Part shown: positions 11,541 through 23,186 of the stretch, piece after piece
How positions within the stretch are numbered: the first letter of the stretch is position 1
Layout of the letters: each line of letters starts with the position of its first letter
Virus record (IMG/VR): IMGVR_UViG_3300031555_002578
Reading direction: 5' to 3' (one strand)
From: a virus
Taxonomy: Duplodnaviria; Caudoviricetes
DNA length: 64,000 nucleotides
Program-made: the position numbers and the translations under genes
Notes under the pieces: model-generated
Database searches by the model: none
What the model was told of the DNA's origin: nothing
What the model saw: only the letters and a program-made list of their open reading frames with translations

Positions 11541-12743
11541 TTACAGGTCATCATCGTCATCTTCAAAGATATCTTCAACTGCTTCATCGGCAACTGATTT
11601 TACAACCATATCATCTGTTGTATATACAGTTTCAGTGCTACCTTTTGTATAGCCACGAGCAGGTTTTTTAAATCTGTACTCTTTCATTCTTTCACCATAT
11701 ACACTGCCAAGTTCTGCTCTAATATCATCCATTGTAATGATTTCCAGTTCTAGGTCTTCTTTTTGTTCATCTGTCAGCATATCTTCTGTAATTTCTGTTT
11801 TCTGAGCACCATTAATCATATCAACGATTGCACCATATTCTCTGAAATTTTCACCAGATACAACAAATTTGTTTTTAATTACTTCTACTTTTTTCTTTGC
11901 TTTTGCATCAGCATCTTCAGGGGCAGAAGGAATTGCAATAGTTACAGGGACAGGGATATTCGCTTTACGGTTATTATCTCTTTCCATCATATAACCATTT
12001 ACATAATATCTGCCTTTTTCTTCTACGGCATCAACTACTGCGTCTTCACCAAATACCATTACAATTGTTGCTTCAGACATTTCTTCTGCATCATCATCGG
12101 CAAGATAAATTCTCTGAGGAACAAAATTTTCATAGAATTTTTCCTTATCATCAGAATAAGAATGTTCAGATTTACCTCTAATTAGGAATTTTTTATTTGT
12201 ATATTTGCCACTATCAATTACTTTTTTAATGAATTCAGCAAAATCCCATGCAGAAATATATTCGTGACGTTTTTTCTTACTTGCTTCAAGTGCTTTTTCT
12301 ACTGTTTCTTTGCTACCATCTTCTAGTTCCAGTTCTGCAATATCCTCATCGGACATATTACCACCATGAGAAACATTATCCAGTGCTTTTTCCAGTTTGT
12401 ATCTTCTATTAGGTTTTTCTAAGTCAATTACAAATTTTCTAAATTCAGCAACTTCTGCAATTTTAGGAGAAGTCAGTCTTTCTTTAAAAGGAATTTGAAT
12501 TGTTTCACCATTTACTTTATTGCCATTATCATCTGTATAAGATTTTGTAAATGTGTAAACATCACCATGACCATCTGCATAAGCACCTGCATCTACTGTT
12601 AAAGAATGTCTATTATCTCCACAGATAGCATTGAATACTAATCTACGTTTTACCCAACCAGAATCATATGTTTGTTCGCTATAAGGTTTAAAATTATCAG
12701 TTTCTTTTGGCATTGATAGTTTGCCAATCATTTCAAAATTCAT
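11541..12743 (-). CDS. Putative single-stranded DNA-binding protein
   Basis: Acidic C-terminal tail (EDIFEDDDDDL); first gene of the replication module. Confidence 0.55.
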   Translation of the reverse strand: MNFEMIGKLSMPKETDNFKPYSEQTYDSGWVKRRLVFNAICGDNRHSLTVDAGAYADGHGDVYTFTKSYTDDNGNKVNGETIQIPFKERLTSPKIAEVAEFRKFVIDLEKPNRRYKLEKALDNVSHGGNMSDEDIAELELEDGSKETVEKALEASKKKRHEYISAWDFAEFIKKVIDSGKYTNKKFLIRGKSEHSYSDDKEKFYENFVPQRIYLADDDAEEMSEATIVMVFGEDAVVDAVEEKGRYYVNGYMMERDNNRKANIPVPVTIAIPSAPEDADAKAKKKVEVIKNKFVVSGENFREYGAIVDMINGAQKTEITEDMLTDEQKEDLELEIITMDDIRAELGSVYGERMKEYRFKKPARGYTKGSTETVYTTDDMVVKSVADEAVEDIFEDDDDDL

Positions 12744-12870
12744 TAAATGTTTTCCTCCTAATAATTAATTCTCATCAGTTAACATATTTAATCAATCTAA
12801 GATTGTTATATAGAATAACTTTATGTAAATATATATAATGAAACCTCCCCAGATTTCACTTTTGCTTTAA

Positions 12871-13701
12871 TTAACATCTTTCACAATTAGCATCACAATA
12901 TTCTTCTCTTGCAATTCTTGCTTTTTCTTCTTGACATTTATCATACATTTTCAGACCTTCACAAACCGCTTTTGCCTGTTCATTTAGTCTTCTCTGTTTT
13001 CTACGTTCAACATAACGAGCATGTTTGCGTTTTTTATTTGCTAGAGCATTTTTCTTAATTTCTTCATCTTTTTCTTTTTTAAGTCTTTCTTTTTCTGCTT
13101 TATTATGTTCTTTAATTGCTTTATCAACAATCTTCACATACATTTTCTTATAAGAAATCTGTTGTGCCATATATTCAATACCTTCCCAAGTATATTCGGT
13201 TTTATATAGATGTTTTGCAATAGCAATAAATAGACATTTTCTTAGGTCAAACACATCGTCTTCATGACATACCATTTTTTCTGTTCCTTCATCGTTGAAA
13301 GTAACTTTTACTACTTTATCTGGTTTAATAATTTCATAACTAACAATTACAGGGTCTATTACTTTTAGCATTTCTTTTTCTTCTCCTTTCTGTTCATCAC
13401 TATTCTCTCTATCATAAGATAATATATAATGCCCATTTTTAAAAACTATTTTGCAATTATTGCCAATTTCATAACCAGTATCAATAAACTGGATGCTGTT
13501 ATCTAAATATGTAAAATCTGAATAATTGTCTCCATATGAAGTAATAGTTGCACTATCATCAAATGAAATAGCACTACTAGCAGAATTCACACATTGTTCT
13601 AATGCACTGGATAAAGATGTGGTTGCATACGAACTTACATCTACAGCATTTTGTAATTCTTTAAAAGAACTACTATGATAACTGTTAACCATTTTCATCA
13701 C
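12871..13701 (-). CDS. Hypothetical protein
   Basis: 276-aa ORF, Ser-rich N-terminus, basic coiled-coil C-terminus. Confidence 0.7.
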   Translation of the reverse strand: MMKMVNSYHSSSFKELQNAVDVSSYATTSLSSALEQCVNSASSAISFDDSATITSYGDNYSDFTYLDNSIQFIDTGYEIGNNCKIVFKNGHYILSYDRENSDEQKGEEKEMLKVIDPVIVSYEIIKPDKVVKVTFNDEGTEKMVCHEDDVFDLRKCLFIAIAKHLYKTEYTWEGIEYMAQQISYKKMYVKIVDKAIKEHNKAEKERLKKEKDEEIKKNALANKKRKHARYVERRKQRRLNEQAKAVCEGLKMYDKCQEEKARIAREEYCDANCERC

Positions 13702-13802
13702 CTATTTTTATTTCTAATTTTTCCAACAATGTATCCCACAAGGAAAGACCCTGTGAGACACATTGCAAACACACTTATTTTTAAAACAATCATGCAATCA
13801 CC

Positions 13803-15338
13803 TTATTCAACAAGTTTAAAGCATACATCTGTTCTTCTATTCATCTGCATATTCGCTTCAGAATCATTAGGTGCAACAGGTTTTGTGCCACCGTTACCAA
13901 CTGTAATAATTCTATCTGCATCAATACCATTAATTACAAAATACTGCTTAACTGTTTCTGCTCTCTGATGAGAAAGTGTAACACCACTTGCATCATCATT
14001 ATCAGAAGCAATATTGCCTTCAATCTGAATAATAGAGCCATCCAGAGTTTTAGCAATTTTAACAAATTCATCCAGTGCTTTAGATGCTTCTGCATTATCA
14101 AGGAATTTTGCTGTATTTGCCACAAAATTAACAGTTGCAGATTTTTTCAGTAGGGCAACAGAATTTTTAATATCCATTTCATTGTCTTCTGTTACTTTTA
14201 CGTTATTATTTTCTTTTTTTACTTCATTAAATTCATATTTATCAGCCAATGCATCTAAATAAGAATCATCAAATAGTGTTTCTACTAAATCAGAGTTTGT
14301 TTTTTCTCCAATGGAATTCCATACTTCACACATATCTGTAAATACAGAAGGTGCTGTTTCATTTAGGATTTCTTTATTTTCATTCCAGTTTGCCATTTCT
14401 GCATCAGCACACATTTCTTTAATATCAGCATCAGACATACCATTGAACATAGGCATTACTTCACGAACTGCATCAGATTCTTTTCCATACAGTTCAATGC
14501 CCTGAATTGTGCCATCAATAAATTTAGTAATTAGTTCAGGATTTTTAGATGCAAAATCTTCTCTAAATAAGATACCATCCATAATCATGTTTTTAGAACT
14601 TGCAGTACTAAACAGTACATGGCAATTAGATGTATTTTGAGCCTGAGTTAGATAAGGTTGCCATGTTGCAGCCACATCAATTTTACCTGCAAAGAATGCT
14701 TTAGCGGCATCATCAGGAGTATCAAAGAAAATTAGATTATCAATAATCTGGTCTTTCTGTTTGTCTGTTAAGTCAGAGTTATTTACAAACCAAACAACCA
14801 GAGAGTGTGCTTCAGAGAATTGAGGAACACCAATCTTAGCATCTACCAAAGATTCTACTGTTTTAAATTTATCTGTTGCGATAATACCATCACCACCACT
14901 AGAATAATTAGTGAAGAAAGGCATTACCACATCTGTACCTGCTTTATCAAATTTTTCAGATAAGAATGCTGTTCTATTAATTGTATAACCTGCACCATCC
15001 AGACTACCTTTAATTAGTGCATTACTGCTCTGGTCAGCATCATTGATAATTTTAATATTTACATCTAAACCTAGATTATCATAAATAGAACCTTCTTGAG
15101 TAGTTAAACCACCGTTGGCTAAAATAATGCTTGACCATCCCACCCATTCGTCTAGTGAAATGTCAATAGTTTCATCATTCTTAGCACTACCAGAAGAAAC
15201 GGGTTTATCTGAATCTCCACCATTCTTAATTACTCCTGTTTTCATTCCTACTGCGATACCGCCACCTGCAATAGCAAGAATCAAAACCAGAATCAAAATT
15301 TTTGCTACTTTTGTTAGTTTAAACCTTTTTGCACTCAT
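13803..15338 (-). CDS. Membrane-anchored NMT1/SsuA-like substrate-binding protein fused to a C-terminal OmpA-like peptidoglycan-binding domain
   Basis: N-terminal TM helix; WVGW, SSGGDGI and DVAATWQPY binding-protein motifs; IQIEG..LSHQRAETV..G.G..KP..N..NRR OmpA motif. Confidence 0.85.
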   Translation of the reverse strand: MSAKRFKLTKVAKILILVLILAIAGGGIAVGMKTGVIKNGGDSDKPVSSGSAKNDETIDISLDEWVGWSSIILANGGLTTQEGSIYDNLGLDVNIKIINDADQSSNALIKGSLDGAGYTINRTAFLSEKFDKAGTDVVMPFFTNYSSGGDGIIATDKFKTVESLVDAKIGVPQFSEAHSLVVWFVNNSDLTDKQKDQIIDNLIFFDTPDDAAKAFFAGKIDVAATWQPYLTQAQNTSNCHVLFSTASSKNMIMDGILFREDFASKNPELITKFIDGTIQGIELYGKESDAVREVMPMFNGMSDADIKEMCADAEMANWNENKEILNETAPSVFTDMCEVWNSIGEKTNSDLVETLFDDSYLDALADKYEFNEVKKENNNVKVTEDNEMDIKNSVALLKKSATVNFVANTAKFLDNAEASKALDEFVKIAKTLDGSIIQIEGNIASDNDDASGVTLSHQRAETVKQYFVINGIDADRIITVGNGGTKPVAPNDSEANMQMNRRTDVCFKLVE

Positions 15339-15361
15339 ATTATCTCTCTCCTTTATTGTGC

Positions 15362-16105
15362 TTATTTATTATATTTACTTTTTAAACTTTCAAGATAATC
15401 ATTGCTACTTGCTTTTCTTGCTTCGACTTCTGCTTTGGAAATTTTAGTGGATGCTCTATTATTGTGAGCAATTCTAGCACCTTCTGTCATAGCGTTGAGG
15501 TCACTATTCTTTTCTCTAACGGCATCAAGCATTTTATCTGTACCAGTAACATTTTTCAAATCATTAATATCATCATAAACATCTTTAGTGATTTGCTGTA
15601 CCTTCATGTTTTCAACAACTTCTTTGCTTTCTCTCTTTAGTTTACGCAGACGTTTTTCACATTCCTGATGTGCTTCTTTGGCTGCTTTTTCTGCATCACT
15701 ATATGCTTTAATAATCTGTGTTTGTCTCTTAATATCAGAGATAATTTCTTCTCTTTCTTCTGCTTTTAACTGAGCATAATCCATTTTATTAGACTTAACC
15801 AAAGATTCACATTCAGATTCCACTTTTTTTAATCTTGCCTGTAGATTATCCATTTCTCTTTTAGCCATAGCCAATTTACCAGACGCTTTCTGTAAAGCAT
15901 CATCTGCTTTATTATAAGATTCTTGTGCTTGGTCAATTTTTTCACTATAAATTGCTTCTGCACCTTCTGGAGTAGTTGCCATATCTTTAATAAAGACACG
16001 AACAATACCTTTAAATAGGCTTCTTGCTTCTGGAAAGATAATAAAGATGCCAACAATTAAAATACATGCTACAATAAAGATGATTGTCTTCAATTCCATA
16101 ATCAT
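15362..16105 (-). CDS. PspA/IM30-like coiled-coil protein with N-terminal TM
   Basis: Long heptad pattern after a TM segment; PspA-like length. Confidence 0.55.
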   Translation of the reverse strand: MIMELKTIIFIVACILIVGIFIIFPEARSLFKGIVRVFIKDMATTPEGAEAIYSEKIDQAQESYNKADDALQKASGKLAMAKREMDNLQARLKKVESECESLVKSNKMDYAQLKAEEREEIISDIKRQTQIIKAYSDAEKAAKEAHQECEKRLRKLKRESKEVVENMKVQQITKDVYDDINDLKNVTGTDKMLDAVREKNSDLNAMTEGARIAHNNRASTKISKAEVEARKASSNDYLESLKSKYNK

Positions 16106-16632
16106 TCACCTCCGATAATAAAGTCAATCAGTGCTTTAATTCTTTCGCATTCTGCATCAACTTTTTCTCTGCAAACTTTCATATCTGTTTCTGCTTCGGA
16201 GATTACTTTTTCAAGTCTTTCGATTTCCTGTTTGTGTTCCTCAATCTTAATTTTTGTTTCAGCAATTTCTCCTTCACAACTTTCTTTAACTTTATTTGCT
16301 ACTGCTGTTGTAATGCCAATCCTATTTTCACCATCACATACAACCATTTCTGCTGTAAGACCAAAACTAGCCATAATACCTTTTACTGTTGCCTGTTTCG
16401 TTGCAGTAGCCATTTCTTTAGGCAGAGAATTCATAATTTCTTCTACTTTAAAGATAGACTGGGATTTATCTTCAACACCATTTTCTTTATAAATATCTTC
16501 AATTAATGTATCTCTGTTTACTTCTTCTAATTCTGCTTCAATTTCTGGTTCTTCTTCATAATAATAATCTTTTTCATCAAATTCTTTTTCTTCTTCTTCA
16601 ATTAACAAATTCTTTAAAAATCCCATTGCCAT
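16102..16632 (-). CDS. Acidic coiled-coil hypothetical protein in the ABC cassette
   Basis: ORF translationally coupled to the downstream gene; strong RBS. Confidence 0.7.
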   Translation of the reverse strand: MAMGFLKNLLIEEEEKEFDEKDYYYEEEPEIEAELEEVNRDTLIEDIYKENGVEDKSQSIFKVEEIMNSLPKEMATATKQATVKGIMASFGLTAEMVVCDGENRIGITTAVANKVKESCEGEIAETKIKIEEHKQEIERLEKVISEAETDMKVCREKVDAECERIKALIDFIIGGE

Positions 16633-16643
16633 ATTCTCTCTCC

Positions 16644-17255
16644 TTATAATTCAATAATTACATCACACATTCTTTCTGCTTCTTCCCTAGAGTGTGTTAC
16701 CATAATAATTGTATTTTTAATTTCTTCATGTTGTTTAATAATTAAATCCTGCATTTTCTTTCTAGTATTTGTATCTAATGCAGATAAAGGTTCATCCATT
16801 AGAACTACTTCTGGATTCATAAATAATGTTCTAGCCAACGCAAGTCTTTGTTTTTGTCCACCAGATAATTGTTTTGGATATTTATGTTGATGTTCATTCA
16901 ATCCTACAAGATGCAACATGTGTATTGCGTTTGTAATATCATTTTCATCAATTTTACCTTTGATTTCTTTTGCAATTAAAACATTTCTTAAACAATTAAG
17001 CCAATCAAACGAAGTATAATTCTGATGCATCATATACACATTATTTTTGTTTGCTTTTGTTACAACTTGTCCATCAATTATTACTTGACCTGCTAATGGT
17101 TTCGTTAAACCTGCAATTGTTCTTAATAATGTTGTTTTGCCACAGCCAGAACTACCTAAAATTCCATAAATTTTTGGTTCAAAAATATAATTGAAATCTT
17201 TTAAAAGCGGTTTATCTCTGCTATAACCTGTTTTTAGATTTTTAATTTCTATCAT
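16644..17255 (-). CDS. ABC transporter ATP-binding protein (TauB/SsuB-like)
   Basis: GSSGCGKTT, LSGGQKQR, LMDEPLSALD, VTH. Confidence 0.95.
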   Translation of the reverse strand: MIEIKNLKTGYSRDKPLLKDFNYIFEPKIYGILGSSGCGKTTLLRTIAGLTKPLAGQVIIDGQVVTKANKNNVYMMHQNYTSFDWLNCLRNVLIAKEIKGKIDENDITNAIHMLHLVGLNEHQHKYPKQLSGGQKQRLALARTLFMNPEVVLMDEPLSALDTNTRKKMQDLIIKQHEEIKNTIIMVTHSREEAERMCDVIIEL

Positions 17256-17994
17256 CTAAGTACCTCCACTTGAATATTTTTTGTATTAACTTATTCGCAA
17301 AATTATCAATAATAAAACTCAAAATCATAATAACCATGATTCCCATGAACACTAAATCTGTTCTACCTCTTGCAGAAGATTGTTGAATGATATATCCAAG
17401 ACCTTTTACTGCATTAATTTGTTCACATACTGCTATATATGTAAATCCAATGCCTATCATCATAATGAAACTATTCATTACACTTGGAAGACAAGCAGGA
17501 ATTTGAATTTTAGTAATTGTTTGGAATCTACTCATTCCTAATGTCAATCCTGTATCAATTAGGTCTTGATTAATTTCATCTAAACATAAGATTACAGATG
17601 GCATCATATATACAAATGTTGCAATAAAAAGAAAAGCCACTTTCATAGATTCTTCAATGCCAAACCACATAATTAATAATGGATAAAATGCTGTAACAGG
17701 AACATATCTTAATGTACTTATAATTGGATGTAAAATATCATAAGCAATTTTTGAATTATAAATTAGCAATGCTACTGGAAATGCAACTAAACCAGATATA
17801 ATTGTTGCAACAAAAATTCTTCTTAATGAATACATCATGGCAATAAGTAATTGTCCATCAGAAATCATCTCTAGCATTGCAGAAAAAACATCTTTTGGTG
17901 AGGGTATGAAAATAGGATTTACAAATATTGATGTTACTTGCCATATAGCAAGTATTGAAATCAATAAGAACAATCGTTTTATAACTGTTTTCAT
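17242..17994 (-). CDS. ABC transporter permease (TauC/SsuC-like)
   Basis: Multiple TM helices; PSP, PLLIMWFG and EAA-like loop (LIDTGLTLGMS). Confidence 0.9.
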   Translation of the reverse strand: MKTVIKRLFLLISILAIWQVTSIFVNPIFIPSPKDVFSAMLEMISDGQLLIAMMYSLRRIFVATIISGLVAFPVALLIYNSKIAYDILHPIISTLRYVPVTAFYPLLIMWFGIEESMKVAFLFIATFVYMMPSVILCLDEINQDLIDTGLTLGMSRFQTITKIQIPACLPSVMNSFIMMIGIGFTYIAVCEQINAVKGLGYIIQQSSARGRTDLVFMGIMVIMILSFIIDNFANKLIQKIFKWRYLDDRN

Positions 17995-19937
17995 TTATAT
18001 ATCCTCCAACTCTTTCTTAATATCTCTTTCTCTAAACCACATATTTATATCATACCATCTATCTTTTTCTGTTAAATAGAACACATAATCAGCATGTACT
18101 TTTTGGAAAAAGTTGTAATAAAAATTTCTTCCATATGTAGTACAGATTTCCCAAAAATAAGGGTCAATGTCTTGAAATATCTTCTCTATTGTCAGTATTT
18201 CATAATTTAAACTATTAATTGATTTATTGATATCTCTTTTCTCTTTTGAGAAAAACATTGTTTCATCTCTTTCATCTTGCAAATCTCTCATTGCATTTCG
18301 CAGTTCAATATATCGTGGAAATATTTTAATAATTTGCTCAATGTTCTCTTTTAAAAATGAATTATCTTCAAACTTAGAATTATATATCCAAGCAATTTTA
18401 TATGGGCATTCTTTTGTCGGTTCATGGATAAATGTATTTTTCATTATTCATCATCCTTTACGTCCATTATTTGTACAGGTTTAGGGAAAAAATATGGTGT
18501 AATCATTGGCTTAATAACTACATCAATTATATCTTGTGGAACATTTCTCGCACACAAAATTTTGTTAAATCTTGTTCCTTTAAAACCACTACCTGTTATG
18601 CATATAATTTTCATTACACTTCCATTATTAAAAATTAATTCTGTTCTTGTGTTAAATCTTAACCTCTCTTGAAAGTTCTGATTATTTTCTTTATATTCAA
18701 GAATAAATTTATCAATCAGTTCTTTTTCTTCTTTTTCTGATACAATAATTGCACACTTTAAGAAAGGATTAATCTCACACAAATATATCATTTCAATAAT
18801 ACTTTCTTTAAATTTCATTTAATTACTCCATAAACATATCTCTTAAAACTACCATTGTTTCAATTAATTCTTCTAACATAGGGAATTTATTCATAGAAAT
18901 ATACTGTTCATTATGTGCTGTTTCATGGCTTACAAATGGAGCAAATGTAATATTCCCATTGTCATAACAAACAACACCAATTGGAACGCCCATTTTGTCT
19001 AACTGAAAATGATAATGATTGCTACCATTCATAAGTTTAATATTTACATTATCGCAACCAGTTTTTATTTTTAATTCTTCTGCAAATACTTTATAGTTTT
19101 TAAATTTTACAATTTCCATTTTATTCCTCCTGAAAATATTAAGCACCAATACTCACCACATCTTCTATTTTTTCATAAATAGGGGTTTCTTGTCCCTCAA
19201 TCCAAATTTCATATGTATCATTTATTTTGTCTATAAAATATACTTGATGGATAATATGTTTTGATTTTAAAACAACAATCATTGATTTACCTCTTATTTT
19301 TTAACTAAATTTTCGTCAATTGGTAGGTTACAAAGTACTTTAGAAGCAATAACATAGCCATACTGAATTCCTTGTCTAAAAATCATTTCTTCTAATTCTG
19401 TTATTGGTCTACCTGCATTTGCATATGTTTCTTTATATTTATTAATGATTGTATCAATTTCTTTTTGTAAAAATTTTTGCAAATCCATTAGTTTCACTCC
19501 AATCCAAACTGTTTAGCAATTTCGTCAATTTGTAATTCGACTTTTTTATCTTCAGATAACAGTTTTTCAAGTTGTTTTTCTGCTGTTTTTAATCCCAGTT
19601 CTTTATTTCTATAATTTAGTACTTCAATTTTTTCTCTAATATCTTGCATCCACTCAACAGCAGTGAAGTTACCATACATTAAGGTATAATCTTCAAGCAC
19701 TTTTCCATAATAGTCACCAGTTTTTAAATCTTCACAAGCCAACACTTCCGCACCAATCATTACAAGTAAGTTTTTCAATTCAAATGGTGTCATAGCATGT
19801 ATGTTATAATCATTACCATGAAAACTTAACATACAATTTGTAATTGGTTTAAAAACAGGCTTATTTTCTTTTAGGTCTGTTTTCATTGATTCAATTTTAT
19901 TCTTTAAAACAAGGATTTTATCGTCATTTTTACTCAT
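17995..19937 (-). CDS. Run of hypothetical genes (17995-18444, 18444-18818, 18823-19149, 19294-19497, 19494-19937)
   Basis: Coupled ORFs with phage-like composition. Confidence 0.7.
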
Positions 19938-21135
19938 ATTTTGTTGTCCCCCTTTGGTATATCTTGGTATTTCTTAGTCTAGTAACGTACAATTTTGGTT
20001 CAAAAGCAGAATGAATTTCTTCTAACGAAACATTTTCCATTCCAAAGACTGTTCTCCATTTAATTTCTTTTTCTATAATTCCCCATGACATTATTTCGAC
20101 TTCTTTTCTTTTTGTTACCCTAAATTTTGTATCTTCTTCAAAATGACTTAATGGTTTTGCTTTATATATTTCAATTTCACCATCACGCATAGATAAAAAT
20201 TCAATATCATAGTAATATCTATTATACTGTACCTTCTCTTTCATATAATCCAACGAGATATCTTCAAGAGTAGAACCTTCATAGTCGATTTGGGAGAATT
20301 CATAAGATGATTGTAACCTTTCATAATATTCTGAATATTCAGGGTCACATTCTTCTTTTACACAATCAATAAACAAATCTTTGCTAATTGATTTATATTT
20401 TGTTATCCATTTTCCATCTTCCATAAATACATATCTTTTACCGTATGGAATATCATATCTTACATTATATTTAACTTTATAATTCCATCTTGAAGATGTT
20501 CTTGCTTCATCTGGTAGTTTGTCATATTTTGTAACAATTTGTTTGTTTCCATTTGTGTCTGTGTATTCATAACCTGCACCAAACGTTTCAAATTGTCCCA
20601 TATAAACAAATTCAGCACCAGATTTCTTTTTATATGTAGCACCAACAATTAAATCCTTTGCTCTGATTGGTTGTCTTTCTTCTAATTTTTTAGTAAATTC
20701 CATAATTTCTTTATAATCAACAGAACTTGTTGGAATCAGAATCAAATCTTTGCCACACCAACCATATACAAATTTTCCTTCCAGACCTTTACCTACAATA
20801 GAAGATGTATTCTCAAGAATATAAAGTAAATTTTCAATAGTTATTTCAAATTCAAAACCTCTTGGGTCATATACTCTACAGTATGCTTGTCTTTGCTCCC
20901 AATAAGAATAACGATAATCACCAACTTTTTTATTTAAAACAAAACCTTCGGTTGGCTCATTATCAAATTCTGTATTTGGGATATTTATATCTCTCCAACT
21001 ATTCCAAGACCTTTCTTTTCTTAGTTTTCCTTTTTCGTCATAATAAATTACATAAGCAAGTTTTCCTGTATATGTATCTGGTCTGTTTTGATATCCAACA
21101 TTAATACATTTAGGAATATAAATGTTTGTATTCAA
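19930..21135 (-). CDS. Hypothetical phage protein (401 aa)
   Basis: Long ORF with GAGGTG RBS; YDPRGFEFEIT segment. Confidence 0.8.
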   Translation of the reverse strand: MNTNIYIPKCINVGYQNRPDTYTGKLAYVIYYDEKGKLRKERSWNSWRDINIPNTEFDNEPTEGFVLNKKVGDYRYSYWEQRQAYCRVYDPRGFEFEITIENLLYILENTSSIVGKGLEGKFVYGWCGKDLILIPTSSVDYKEIMEFTKKLEERQPIRAKDLIVGATYKKKSGAEFVYMGQFETFGAGYEYTDTNGNKQIVTKYDKLPDEARTSSRWNYKVKYNVRYDIPYGKRYVFMEDGKWITKYKSISKDLFIDCVKEECDPEYSEYYERLQSSYEFSQIDYEGSTLEDISLDYMKEKVQYNRYYYDIEFLSMRDGEIEIYKAKPLSHFEEDTKFRVTKRKEVEIMSWGIIEKEIKWRTVFGMENVSLEEIHSAFEPKLYVTRLRNTKIYQRGTTKYE

Positions 21136-21400
21136 TTATTTCACCTCTTTAAAAACTTTTAGTTTGATTGAAATTACGGAATGTGGCAACTCCTGCTGTT
21201 TGAGTTGTTTTAAATGATTGAATGAAAATATGTTGGCTATACAATGGTTTTCCACAAATAGGACATACTTGGTATTCTTTATATTTATTTTTCATTTTAA
21301 AACTATCACATTTACTGCACATAATTTCACCTCTTATAAAATAAAAATGAGTTACCTACTTTATAATTCGATAATTATATTTCAGTAACTCCATATTTTT

Positions 21401-22917
21401 TTAACGGTCTATAATTACTTTTCTACCAGATAATTCAATAAGTGCTTTTAAATTTGCTTTAGCACTATAAGAATAATCGAATAATTCTGTTTCATCATTA
21501 TCGTTAATCCATAAATCATGTTCAATTTCTTTTACGATATTATACGCTTGATTTAAAATTTCAAATTCAGAATCTTCTAATGAGAAAGAAATGTCTTTAT
21601 AAACAGATACATCTGCCATTATTATCACTCCATATTGCTAATTGCTTCTTCAATTGCTTCATTAAAACTACATCCACCATTATAATACATAACATGGAAA
21701 TCAATTGTACCATCTAAATTTTGAGTAGCATTAAATATATCATCATCTGGGTCGATAGATATTTTCTCAATAATTTCATATACATTATGACCTGCAACAA
21801 CATACTTGTTATATAATTCATCATATACAGCCCAAACGAAATCTCCTTCATAAAAATCTAAATCGATATTAGTTTTATTACATTCTTTTAAAATGCGTTC
21901 ACATTGTTCATTTAATGTTTCATTTTTATGAAGTTTTGGTACAAATTTTAATTTACCTTTATATTGAACTGTTTCACTCATTAAATTCTCCTTCTTCATA
22001 TTCTTCCAAATACTGTTTAGATGCTAATTCACGTTTTGTTCTTGAATGTTTTCTATTACCTTCACACCAATCACAACCACCATGATTTCTACATCTTTTA
22101 TCAATTGCTTTTCCACCAGTATAGGGTTTACGTCTTTCTTTCTTATGTTCAATTGCTTTGTTCAGTGTCATCTTCGTTATCCTCTTGGTAATATGCATTG
22201 CATTCATTAATTGCCTTTGTAATTACTTCTGTGTTGAATTTTATTTTATATAGGTCTGTTATATCCCTCTCATTATATGTACAGTCTGCTTCTCCTTCAC
22301 TATACAAAAATGAACCGCACATAGGACAAAATACATACTGTTGAGAAATATTTAATTCTCCAGTTTTAAAATCCTTTTCTCCTACTTGATGAGTGAAATT
22401 ACAAAAAGGACAAATAGCATAAATAGCCATATCACCTTTAAATTTTTCATATTGCCAATTAAGTTTTGCTTCTAATTCTACAACAATTCTGTCTTCATTT
22501 TCTTCCATAATTTTCATATGAATCACCTATCAAAAATAATATTAATTAACTATCTGTAAACCAATAACCTGTTGTTAAATATCTTAGTGAACCTACATTA
22601 TTAGTAATTTCTTCCCATTCTTTATCTCCATTATCTGATTCTGGATAAACAATACATCTAATAAAATCTGTATCATTAGCATATTGATTCATAATTTTTT
22701 CTTCTTCAAATAATGCTTTCTTTGCAATTTCAATATGTTCTTCATCATTTGAATTTAGATAATCTTCAATAATAGAATCTTTAATTGATAAATGTCTTCC
22801 AAACCATAAGAAATCACTCCATTTGATTTCTTCATTCATAAGGTCTTCTTTAGATAAATTGTCCCATTTTTTTAAATATTCTTTTTGTTCTTTTGTTAAT
22901 TCCATATTCATTTTCAT
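21401..22917 (-). CDS. Five small hypothetical genes (21401-21628, 21625-21999, 21974-22207, 22149-22526, 22546-22917)
   Basis: Coupled ORFs; two have Cys clusters. Confidence 0.7.
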
Positions 22918-23186
22918 TCTCCTTTATAAACTTGAATTGTGCCATCAGTATTATAGAGTGGTGTAATACCAAATCCATATGACCCATAATGGATAAAATA
23001 TTTTATTTTTGTATCATTAGCATAAACTATAAATTCATAATCTTTCCATTTCTCCAAAACGGTAAAATATCCACCCATCAATTGTTTTCTGTATGTGTCG
23101 TTATTTTTATTTTGATGGTCTTCACCACACCCAGATAAGCAAAATACCATCATGATTAATAATATTAATTTTTTCATTCTAGCCAC
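22914..23186 (-). CDS. Small lipoprotein
   Basis: Lipobox LSGC; GITPLYNTDG C-terminus resembles that of 50962-51228. Confidence 0.65.
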   Translation of the reverse strand: MARMKKLILLIMMVFCLSGCGEDHQNKNNDTYRKQLMGGYFTVLEKWKDYEFIVYANDTKIKYFIHYGSYGFGITPLYNTDGTIQVYKGE

